A stretch of DNA of 64,000 nt from Naegleria gruberi (taxonomy: Eukaryota), in the NCBI GenBank assembly GCA_000004985.1, contig GG738902.1. One strand, written 5' to 3'. A program made the translations under genes and the position numbers. The stretch's first letter is position 1. The number at the start of each line of letters is the position of its first letter. The notes below the pieces were generated by a model. That model was not told the origin of the DNA, searched no databases, and worked only from the letters and a program-made list of their open reading frames with translations. Positions 55,705-64,000 of this stretch are shown here, in pieces.

Positions 55705-57282
55705 CTACATTTTGACTTTCTTTGTTGATGGTTCTGTTTCATAGTCAGTTAGAGTGTCGCAATTATCCCTCTTTTTAGAAATTTCCTCTCCATCCTTAAC
55801 CAGTAACTCCGCAAGTTTAGTTTTGTTCACTTTGCATTCCTCTAGCGTATATTCATTTATATGGGGTGAATAAAGTGATTTTTCAATAGTTAAACGACCT
55901 TGACCTGTTTGGTATGACAGACATTTGACTGGAGCGAATTTGCTCTTGATATGATTCTTAACTTGGTAGTTTTGCTGAAATGTTTTGGAAAGTAAGGTTG
56001 GTGAATTAACAAATTCCAATACCTGTTGACAATCGTAACATGTACAATCAGTTGTTGCTCCAAGATTAAAAGTGACTGGAACTGGGATTTTCTCTTTGCC
56101 ATTCGTAAGATCATCACAATAATTCAAACACATCTTGACAAGTTTCTGCATTAAAGGATCTTTGATATTTTCAGGAGTTTGTGAAATATGGAAAAGGAGT
56201 GGAATAATGATATGATGATAATGTGCTTTTCCTACAAGTGTAATTAGAGTTCTTTCATGATTTTTGGAGAACAAAATCGGTGTTTCACTATAAACAGTCT
56301 GTTTGTTGTAATGGTGTCCATTAGAAAAACCATCAACTGTTATTTTACCAATAAATTCTTCCAATTCAGTTTTTCTATTACAAGCCAAGCAAATTTCGAA
56401 TATTTTCACTAGCTCATCAACTTCATAAAAGTCGTCCTTTAGTAACAGAGTAACTAGCTTATTCAAAACAAGCCCAAGTATACTTCTCTCCTTATCATTC
56501 TTTCCAATGTAATTGTGAAATTTCATAACTAAATTCAATTTGTTTGATTTCTCAGCATGCTTCCAAAAATCTTCTGAAATTACATCAAAGAAACCAGTAC
56601 AATCACTCAATTTCAAAAAAGAAATGCACTGTAGCATATTCTCAATATCAACAGTTTTTACAGTCCAACATCTTCTCAACGCCTCAAATATGAATGTTAT
56701 GTTACTATGTTTGATTCCTGTCAAGAGCAATTTGTCAATATCCATCCTGATTTTTGAAGTAATATTCCTCATGGAACTGTAGTCCAATTCTATATTGCTT
56801 TGTATATAAACCTCCATGAATAAATCAAAATTAAGATTGACAGAACCGCAACGTGATCTATAAATCTCTTCCAATTTGTATTTGATAATTTCGTTTTTAA
56901 GGTCATACCTATCTGCAGCCGAAACGAAACGAAGAACACTATTAATATCTAATGTTTTCAAATATCCTTGAAGTGCTAGATGGATTTGTTTGTTAAAATA
57001 TTTTTCCAATTGAATCAAATCTTCAATACTGCACTTGCTACCTTTGATAGATAATAGTTTGTTAACAAGTCCAACATCTTTGAGTTTTTTAAGGTAATTA
57101 ACTTCCATTTCTTTGTAATTTGCAATAATATACTCCATGTATTTTTTAATCTTATTGAGAAGCTCTGTATTGGAATTATTCTTGTTATATTCACTCCACA
57201 ATTTAGCAAGATATTCCATTGCAACTTGTATTCCAAGACGAAGGGATAATTCTCCCATCTTTTTCTGAGAACAAATCATCAC
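55705..57282 (-). CDS. Hypothetical protein, 525 aa
   Basis: A long uninterrupted ORF, largely alpha-helical in composition, with a Cys cluster near the C-terminus (CTCYDCQ). No recognisable domain. Confidence 0.45.
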   Translation of the reverse strand: MMICSQKKMGELSLRLGIQVAMEYLAKLWSEYNKNNSNTELLNKIKKYMEYIIANYKEMEVNYLKKLKDVGLVNKLLSIKGSKCSIEDLIQLEKYFNKQIHLALQGYLKTLDINSVLRFVSAADRYDLKNEIIKYKLEEIYRSRCGSVNLNFDLFMEVYIQSNIELDYSSMRNITSKIRMDIDKLLLTGIKHSNITFIFEALRRCWTVKTVDIENMLQCISFLKLSDCTGFFDVISEDFWKHAEKSNKLNLVMKFHNYIGKNDKERSILGLVLNKLVTLLLKDDFYEVDELVKIFEICLACNRKTELEEFIGKITVDGFSNGHHYNKQTVYSETPILFSKNHERTLITLVGKAHYHHIIIPLLFHISQTPENIKDPLMQKLVKMCLNYCDDLTNGKEKIPVPVTFNLGATTDCTCYDCQQVLEFVNSPTLLSKTFQQNYQVKNHIKSKFAPVKCLSYQTGQGRLTIEKSLYSPHINEYTLEECKVNKTKLAELLVKDGEEISKKRDNCDTLTDYETEPSTKKVKM

Positions 57283-57364
57283 TGCCCAAACTTCCTCATA
57301 TGTTTCCGTTGATATATGGTCGAACGTATCAACCTAAACACAAATGAAAGATTAGTATGAAATT

Positions 57365-58681
57365 TCACAAAAACATTACCTTTTTCGAAACTGACTTGGC
57401 ATTTTCCAAGGCATCTTCTGGACTAATCTTTTCCTCTGATATTTCGTATTTGCAAATGGACGGTTTATCCTTTCTTAAAGCACTGGTAATGAAATAATCT
57501 GGTGAATCTGAGCCATATCTATCTTCGTCAGATCCTTCAACTTCTTTTTGTAATTTCACCAATAATATTCCCAAGTCATGAAACTTTTCAGTGTAACGTT
57601 TGAGAGTTGAGACTAAATTCTGGTCTTTTCCCTTTAAATGACTATAAGACAACTCTTGTCTTTTGTATTTTTCAGCTAATACTCTTATCATATATGAATC
57701 ATTTTTGAATTGGTCAACTATTAACTTTACAGTATTCAAAAATGGAGAATTTTCAATAGCTGGTGGTTCAGTTTCATTATAATCCATAATATAAACCATA
57801 AATACTCGGTGTCCTCTAGTAACTTTTGGTATTTTGATTTCACAATCAGGGTGAAAGGCAATATAATAAGTTGTGAATGTGGAATTTTCTGTAAAGTTGA
57901 ATTTCTCCACATGTCCATTATATTCGACACAAATATCTGTATCTTCTGATTCAAAATCAGATGGCAATTGAATTAGCATTGCTGAAAAAACATTGTCGTC
58001 AATTGGTGATCCAGAGAAACTGCATCCTTCACTTAATACCATTATTGAATCTTCATACATGTTAAACCTTATAGATTCGTCAATTCCCAACTTGTTCCTA
58101 ATCTCAGAGTTTACAAATTGCTCCCAAGCACGACTCCAATTATTGTTTTTCACACAACACATAAAATTGTAAGGATTATTAACATTAGTTTTGGTACATG
58201 TATAGGAAAATCTCTTCAAATCATTCATATATTCATTGGATATTATTGGCAAACTGAGCATCATACTGTTTTGTTTATCAGAATAATCACCACTTGCATT
58301 GCGCACTTCAATACCTGGAAGAAAACTCATCGAATCATCCAATTTACCTCCACATGCAAAATTTGCAAATTGTAAACTTCCTTCCGAAACCAAACCACAA
58401 AATCTCTCAAGTGCTTCATGTACCTTTCCACCTCCAATCAATTCTTGTATTTGTGAATCAATTCGTGTTGCAACTTTGGTTTTATATAGAATTTTCTCTT
58501 GTTCAATTTCTTCTTCTTCGGAATCAACAATTTGATTCGAATTGGCTTCTTCTTCTTCAGAGGAGATGATCATTGTATGAGGCAAAGTATCGCCATTGAT
58601 CATCATTTCTTCATCAGCATCATCAATGATGATAATGGGACCGTTTGGTGCTTGCATTTTTTTTGTCTTTGGTTTTTCCAT
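57365..58681 (-). CDS. Hypothetical protein with an acidic N-terminus, 438 aa
   Basis: A long ORF with acidic D/E runs at the N-terminus and no confident domain. Confidence 0.45.
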   Translation of the reverse strand: MEKPKTKKMQAPNGPIIIIDDADEEMMINGDTLPHTMIISSEEEEANSNQIVDSEEEEIEQEKILYKTKVATRIDSQIQELIGGGKVHEALERFCGLVSEGSLQFANFACGGKLDDSMSFLPGIEVRNASGDYSDKQNSMMLSLPIISNEYMNDLKRFSYTCTKTNVNNPYNFMCCVKNNNWSRAWEQFVNSEIRNKLGIDESIRFNMYEDSIMVLSEGCSFSGSPIDDNVFSAMLIQLPSDFESEDTDICVEYNGHVEKFNFTENSTFTTYYIAFHPDCEIKIPKVTRGHRVFMVYIMDYNETEPPAIENSPFLNTVKLIVDQFKNDSYMIRVLAEKYKRQELSYSHLKGKDQNLVSTLKRYTEKFHDLGILLVKLQKEVEGSDEDRYGSDSPDYFITSALRKDKPSICKYEISEEKISPEDALENAKSVSKKVMFL

Positions 58682-58987
58682 TCATTGTTGGAATTTTCTA
58701 GTGATCAATTTGGCCTAATGAAGCACCAATAAATTTGTTTCAGTAAATCACCATTTCATCTGAATTTGAATTCATCGGATTACTAGTATAATTACTTTCT
58801 TCACAAGTTTTGTCTTCACTTTCCTCCAAAAATTTAAAGAGCTTTGTGGGAAGGCTGAATACCACCTTGTTGAGAGTTGGCAAATTCCATTAGTTTGTTT
58901 AAATTGTTGGTTTTCTATTAGAAACATAGTAAATTATTGTTATCATTAAAAGAGGAGAATTTATGTACAATGTTAAAATCAAATCAT

Positions 58988-61528
58988 TTAGCAAGATTTG
59001 TTGACTAGTTCAGCAAGAAGTTTTTTCATGTCCTCTCTATTAAAAACATCCAAAGTTACAATTTGAATTTGATTTCTCTTTTCATCATTCGAAACTTGAT
59101 TTAAAAATTGTTTGATAATGTACTTGGTATTCAATTCTAGATATTCATCAGTGACTTGAATTGATTGCTCAGGTTCTTTGAGGTCATCTTCGGTGAGTGG
59201 AATAATTCTCTCAGGAGGGTTGTTGAATTTGAGACAAGAATCAATCATTTCTTGAGTGATTCCTTCCTCAGATTGTTCATGCGTAAGAGATTCCTTAATT
59301 TGCTTTCGTTGACTTTCTAATTGTTGCTCCAATGTAGATAAATTAATGGAAACACTCACACAACGATTGTCTTGGAATCTTCTGGTCTTTCCTGAAGAGG
59401 CTTCAATAGAAACCTCAATGAAACTGCTTTGTCTTGAATGAGATTCATCCAATGATGATGAGCTTTCGTCAGTGACATTTCTTGTTGTTGCTGGCTTAAT
59501 GACTTGATCGGAAAGTTTTGGTTCTTCAAAGGTTTCAACCTTTTCCATACAAACAACTGGAGAATCCACAGAATCTTCGTCTCTCAAATGAGATGGAATT
59601 GGAGATTTCTTTTCTGGAGTGGCAGGAGGTGGAATTTGTGGGCTAACTTGAATAGTTTCCTTCTTTTCTGGCATGGTTGTTGGGTCAATTTTAGATGTTC
59701 TCTTTTGCATAATTTCCTCTGGGAATGGATCAAGACGAACGAAATTTTCTGGAGTTTCAGATAGTAAATTAGAAAGATAGGCATCTGACAAGTCGCAGTA
59801 AACTAATTTTCTCTTGAGTGATTCCTTCTTTGTAAAGACGAGAATGAATGGAACATGTTCCAATTCTGGCATGTTAACAGTTCTGTTGAAAAATTCCAAC
59901 GAATCAATTAATTGATTTTTCAATGTCAACAAATGGTTGTGTTGTAAACTTTGATGACGTGATAGGAAATTAGATGAAGCACTGTCGATGAGTGGCTTGA
60001 ATTTTGGTGATTTCAAAGTCTTTTTCTTGGCTCTTTCCTTTTCCAATAGATCAGTATGTTTCACATTGACACTACTACCAGTTGGTGATGTCAAGGTGGA
60101 AATGAGCTTGTCATTGGATGAGGCATCACTACCACTTTCATAAACTGGTTTTTCAAGAGTCAATACCTTATCTACAAGTGGAGAACCAGGAGTTCTCGAA
60201 TCAGTTATTGAAATTGTGGAGCCGTACAATCCCAAAATATCATCAACTGAATACTGATTGTAACAAGTGAGTGAAACAAAGTACAAAATGGCAACTCCCT
60301 GAGTTTTGATTGGTTTCTTACTGGAAGTAGCATTTTGTTCACTTGAATTGGCGGATGTATTGCTGTCAGTTGTGGTATTGAGTGGAGTAGATGAAGCATT
60401 TACAGATGATGAGCTAGGTGCTGTATTTTCAGATTTCTTCTTCTTCTTCTCTTCCTTTTCCTTATCCTTTCCAGAGGAGGTTGTTGAACTTGTCAATGGT
60501 TGAGATTCTTCATAGAGCTTGGAGAGCAAAATCTTCTTCCACTTTTTTCTATCTGATCTAACACCTGCACTGTCAATCATGTGAAGTGAACGAATGATTG
60601 GTTTTGGTTTTTGAGGGAGTGCATTCTTTTCAGAGTCCTTACTCTTTTTAGAGGAGCTTGTTGATGTGGTTGCATTCTCAGTGGTAGATGTGCTCTTTCT
60701 CTCTGTAATGATTTTAATTTCACTCTCATAGAAACCTCGAGTCATATTCGAAGCTAACAAGTATTCAGTTTCAGATTTCAATTCTGTATCAGAAAATCCC
60801 TTTCTAGCTCTTCTCAATCTTTCTGCTATTTGATTACAATGAGTAATGACATAATTGAAATGTTCGAAATGTTGCCATTGTGGTTGTTTTGGAACTGTAT
60901 TCACATTTCCATTTTTATCCAACACATTTCCTGAAATAATCGATCCCACTTGAGTATTTCCAAACAAGTACAATAATTCTGGTGAAATTTTGTTATAATA
61001 CAAGATGGTGTAAATTTTGTGTAAAATTGTCTCAGTTGCCCACAACATTGAAATTTGTTGCATCATTCCTGCATCACTCCATAACAATTCTGGCTTAACA
61101 ATTGCTTGTTGCAGTAAACACCGAGAAGCATCTCCCTGTTCTCCACCATTCTCATTCTCACCTGCCCCTGCCTCATTCGAGCACTGTTCCACGATTGAAA
61201 TTTTTACAATTTTCAACAATTTTTCATCAATTAAATTTTTTGATGATGGAAATCGATAATCAATTTCGTTGAAAATTTTCTTCTTGACACAAATAATGAA
61301 CAATAACCATGAGAACATGCTGCTGAGTAATTCTTCGTGGAATTTTAGTGAATTTTTGGACATGCTGCCACCCAATAGGAGATTGGACATTTTGCAGAAG
61401 GATGTCTTTCCCGAATTGCTTACACCCATAAGGAGAAGGTGATGGAGTTGTTGTTGTTGTTGCTGTTGTTGGAGATTATAGTCGAAGGGTTGATCTTCGT
61501 CTCCGTGCCGACTCATTTGTTGTCCCAT
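58988..61528 (-). CDS. Highly divergent heterotrimeric G-protein alpha-subunit-like protein (846 aa) with degenerate catalytic motifs and large Ser/Lys-rich insertions
   Basis: Features map onto G-alpha as follows:
- An MGQQMS N-myristoylation-type start.
- G1: HLLLMGVSNSGKTSFCKM, versus KLLLLGAGESGKSTIVKQM.
- G3 / switch II: MIDSAGVRSDRKKWKKIL, versus FDVGGQRSERKKWIHCF.
- G4: FILVFTKKESL, versus IILFLNKKDL.
A helical-domain-sized segment separates G1 from G3. Confidence 0.5.
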   Translation of the reverse strand: MGQQMSRHGDEDQPFDYNLQQQQQQQQLHHLLLMGVSNSGKTSFCKMSNLLLGGSMSKNSLKFHEELLSSMFSWLLFIICVKKKIFNEIDYRFPSSKNLIDEKLLKIVKISIVEQCSNEAGAGENENGGEQGDASRCLLQQAIVKPELLWSDAGMMQQISMLWATETILHKIYTILYYNKISPELLYLFGNTQVGSIISGNVLDKNGNVNTVPKQPQWQHFEHFNYVITHCNQIAERLRRARKGFSDTELKSETEYLLASNMTRGFYESEIKIITERKSTSTTENATTSTSSSKKSKDSEKNALPQKPKPIIRSLHMIDSAGVRSDRKKWKKILLSKLYEESQPLTSSTTSSGKDKEKEEKKKKKSENTAPSSSSVNASSTPLNTTTDSNTSANSSEQNATSSKKPIKTQGVAILYFVSLTCYNQYSVDDILGLYGSTISITDSRTPGSPLVDKVLTLEKPVYESGSDASSNDKLISTLTSPTGSSVNVKHTDLLEKERAKKKTLKSPKFKPLIDSASSNFLSRHQSLQHNHLLTLKNQLIDSLEFFNRTVNMPELEHVPFILVFTKKESLKRKLVYCDLSDAYLSNLLSETPENFVRLDPFPEEIMQKRTSKIDPTTMPEKKETIQVSPQIPPPATPEKKSPIPSHLRDEDSVDSPVVCMEKVETFEEPKLSDQVIKPATTRNVTDESSSSLDESHSRQSSFIEVSIEASSGKTRRFQDNRCVSVSINLSTLEQQLESQRKQIKESLTHEQSEEGITQEMIDSCLKFNNPPERIIPLTEDDLKEPEQSIQVTDEYLELNTKYIIKQFLNQVSNDEKRNQIQIVTLDVFNREDMKKLLAELVNKSC

Positions 61529-61759
61529 TTTGTGATGATGAGGTTATTGTTTTGTGGTTGTGATGATTTGATTGTTTTGTGTTTGTTGGAAAGTAGACGA
61601 AAGAGATTCGTATTTTTTTTTTAAAGTCAAGGTCTTGATGGTTGATGGACGTTTTGCAAGTTTGAATAAACAAATTGGGAATTTGAACGAATTCGGAAAA
61701 GCTTAAACTATGTCGTTGGCAAGTTTTATTCTTTCAATTTGCTTTCTAATAATTTTCTG

Positions 61760-63235
61760 TTATTGGAAACCTACAAATGCAAAAATCAATAATAAAACCA
61801 AGTAGGTGAAAGTAAATAATGAATTGCTAGACGATTCTCTAATGCTCTTTCCAGGTTGAATATTCTTGGATTGTTGTGGAATCAAAATACTATTCGAAAC
61901 TTTAGGAGTAATTGGTGAGCTTTCTTTTGGAACTATTTCAATAATTGACATTGTGTCACTAGCAAGGAAAGTTACATTACTTGAAAAACTCAAACTTTCA
62001 TTACTCATGTTTCCATCCAAATCGAATGTATATTTCGAAACTCGAGAAATTTCCATGGAAACATTAAGGTTGACTGAAACTGGAGAGAAACTCATGATTC
62101 CATTATTGTATGAGAAAACTTCTTGCCAAATCAATAGATACTTATTTCCATTACTCTTTTGAAGCCACAATTTTTGTAAGTTTGCATTTTTAGTTTCGTT
62201 TGTTCTCAATTCGAAACTCAATTCTTTCAACCCAAAAATAGCAAGTTTAGGATTTTCACTCAATACTTGAATCATTCCCTTCAGTGCTCTATAAACTGGT
62301 TTTGGAGATGGAGAATCAATATTATCAGTCGAATTATATCTCAACAATCCAAAGAACTCGCCATCATCACACATTTCGTATAGATAAGTCTTTGAGATTC
62401 CTCTCATGTATTGCAACACCAAAGATCTCAAAGTATATCTCGCTTGGATAATCTCAGGAACCCAATAAATTACATGAGCAGGCAATGTTTGCCATCCAGT
62501 TTCAGTTGTAATAATAGGTTTCGAATAACCACCCTGCAAGAGTGTTAAATTCTTGAAATAATCAATGGTTCCAGTGAATCCATATTGAGTCTGAGGTCCC
62601 CATCCCTTCACAGGATTATAAGTTCCATAATAATTATGCATATTCACATAGTCAACCCATTTACTGACATCACCCAAAGCTTCGTAAGCAGAAAGTGAGG
62701 TTAACGAAGGAGCGTAAACTGGAAAACTCGAGTTGTGATTTTCCCAAAGGAATTGAGTCCAGTTTCGTGTGATTTCAACCCAATTAGAGAGTCCTTTCAA
62801 ATCATATTCGTTGACTCCTTCGTAAGCTTCGAAAATGTCTGGAACTTTCTGTGGATAGTTTCGAATTAAATCTGCTGGTCTAGAAGGGTTATCTGTTAGG
62901 AAAACACCTTTGATTCCGTTTCGTCCGAGGTAGTTGTGTCTGTCGTAGTAATATTGTGGACCATCACGTAACGAATCTCTGATATGTCTAATGCCAGACT
63001 CTATTAGAAACTTGGCGAAAGTTTCCCAGTGATTATTGTAACAACTATTTGGATACGACAAGTGTGTATTAACTCCGATTGTGTCCACGAAAGCGTCAGC
63101 ACTTTGTGGAATGGCAATACTTGCTTTCGTTCTTGAACTAGTTTCGAACAGCAGAATCGCGAGAAGTAACAACCAAGCGTTTAGTTTCACCATTTTTTTT
63201 AACTGGAACCACAAGATCTCATCAAAAATCAACAT
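61760..63235 (-). CDS. Secreted or GPI-anchored clan GH-A (TIM-barrel) glycoside hydrolase, GH5/GH128-like
   Basis: It has a signal peptide (MVKLNAWLLLLAILLFETSSRTKA). A candidate acid/base sits in VNEYD (NEP-like) and a nucleophile in IITTETGW. A C-terminal Ser-rich stretch precedes the hydrophobic tail LFTFTYLVLLLIFAFVGF, which is typical of a GPI signal. Confidence 0.55.
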   Translation of the reverse strand: MLIFDEILWFQLKKMVKLNAWLLLLAILLFETSSRTKASIAIPQSADAFVDTIGVNTHLSYPNSCYNNHWETFAKFLIESGIRHIRDSLRDGPQYYYDRHNYLGRNGIKGVFLTDNPSRPADLIRNYPQKVPDIFEAYEGVNEYDLKGLSNWVEITRNWTQFLWENHNSSFPVYAPSLTSLSAYEALGDVSKWVDYVNMHNYYGTYNPVKGWGPQTQYGFTGTIDYFKNLTLLQGGYSKPIITTETGWQTLPAHVIYWVPEIIQARYTLRSLVLQYMRGISKTYLYEMCDDGEFFGLLRYNSTDNIDSPSPKPVYRALKGMIQVLSENPKLAIFGLKELSFELRTNETKNANLQKLWLQKSNGNKYLLIWQEVFSYNNGIMSFSPVSVNLNVSMEISRVSKYTFDLDGNMSNESLSFSSNVTFLASDTMSIIEIVPKESSPITPKVSNSILIPQQSKNIQPGKSIRESSSNSLFTFTYLVLLLIFAFVGFQ

Positions 63236-63486
63236 TCAAACTCTTGAATTTTCCAACATTGCATTGTAAAAAGTTAACTTGACTTTCAAAGATTCGGCAA
63301 AGAACAACAAGGAACAACAAAGTTGGATTGAAACAAATTGATGATACACAGAAATCCATTAGAATGGATTTTTTCTCTTTTTAAGATTGATATTAACTCT
63401 AATAACACACCCTTTGGAACTTTGGCGTAACATTCCAGGAACAATGAATTCAATTCTTATTACAATTTTTCATTTTAAAAAAAAAA

Positions 63487-64000
63487 TGCTCAACACATCT
63501 GCTGCTACCGGAATCAACCAATCTAATAATAGCATCAATAATAACCTAAAAGACGAGAAGAATGATGATGAAATAACTAGTGAAGTGTGTCCTCTTTCAT
63601 TCTATGAAGAATCTGGTTTTTATCACAATCATTTAGAATATACAAACAAGTATTTGTATGATCCGAATCAATTTGTTGATCAATTTCATAAGAGTATAAA
63701 GGAGAAGAATTTTAACAAGTTGAGAAGTTTGAGAATTTTAATTCAACAGCAAACAATTGATATTTGTAGAAGTAGAGTGTATAATTATAGACCTATTGAT
63801 GGAGAATTTTCATTGGATAAGAAGAAGAGGATAGAATTGAGTGAGAAGATTCTCGTGAATGCCTCTGTAAAGAGTAAATATTATAAGAATGAAGGATTGG
63901 AGGTGAGTGAGAAGGTTGGAGATTTGGAAAAAACTCAAGTTTTGGTTATTAATGGTGATTGTATTGATATTGCATTCCATATTCAAGATTTGTTGATTAA
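63487..64000 (+). CDS. 5' part of a hypothetical protein-coding gene that runs off the window
   Basis: The ATG at 63487 opens a frame (MLNTSAATGINQSNNSINNNLKDEKNDDEITSEV...) that stays open to the window end at 64000. Codon usage is like neighbouring genes. Confidence 0.35.

Noticed and set aside
57365-58681. HxD...H pattern (AFHPDCE...GHR) in the 438-aa ORF, considered as a 2OG-Fe(II) oxygenase
   Set aside because: The His spacing is about 17 aa, far shorter than the 50-80 aa of genuine 2OG oxygenases, and there is no RxS motif. The protein is left as hypothetical.
1-64000. Searched for prokaryotic features (operons, defence or CRISPR arrays, integrases, IS elements) prompted by the task hint
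   Set aside because: GT-AG introns, poly(A)-signal-like spacers, and the eukaryote-specific genes (eIF2B, copine, calpain, G-alpha, TDO, PPT1) show this is nuclear eukaryotic DNA. No CRISPR repeats, transposase or integrase ORFs were seen.

Overview
This 64-kb window is a gene-dense, AT-rich nuclear region from a eukaryote, not a prokaryote. Spliceosomal introns are few and short (about 40 to 120 nt, mostly GTAAGT...AG), intergenic spacers run from tens to a few hundred bp, and poly-Q/N/S tracts are common. This pattern fits a free-living amoeboid protist (heterolobosean or amoebozoan type), but the taxon cannot be confirmed from sequence alone. About 36 protein-coding genes are supported on both strands.

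Recognisable products:
- eIF2B-alpha
- copine
- Tul1/Dsc1-like transmembrane RING-H2 E3 ligase
- PPWD1 (WD40 plus cyclophilin)
- NHL-repeat protein
- choline/ethanolamine phosphotransferase
- tryptophan 2,3-dioxygenase
- MEK-like kinase
- MsrB
- LCAT-family lipase
- palmitoyl-protein thioesterase
- B-box/coiled-coil protein
- SLC35/TPT sugar-phosphate transporter
- TM2-domain protein
- TPR-calpain
- divergent G-alpha-like protein
- clan GH-A glycosidase
- several F-box proteins
- one ankyrin-repeat protein

I found no rRNA, tRNA, CRISPR array, or prokaryotic defence or mobile system. The supplied ORF track uses GTG/TTG as starts and ignores splicing, so several genes were re-joined by hand using GT...AG introns and homology. 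Intron coordinates may be off by 1 to 2 nt.

The findings worth a second look are: the pseudo-GTPase-like G-alpha; the TPR-calpain fusion; a roughly 1470-aa mucin-like multipass glycoprotein with PPxY motifs in its tail; a micro-protein made of tandem decapeptides; a 2-kb (TA)n-rich gene desert; convergent gene pairs whose stop codons lie 5 to 25 bp apart; and E2F-like sites upstream of a D-box coiled-coil gene.
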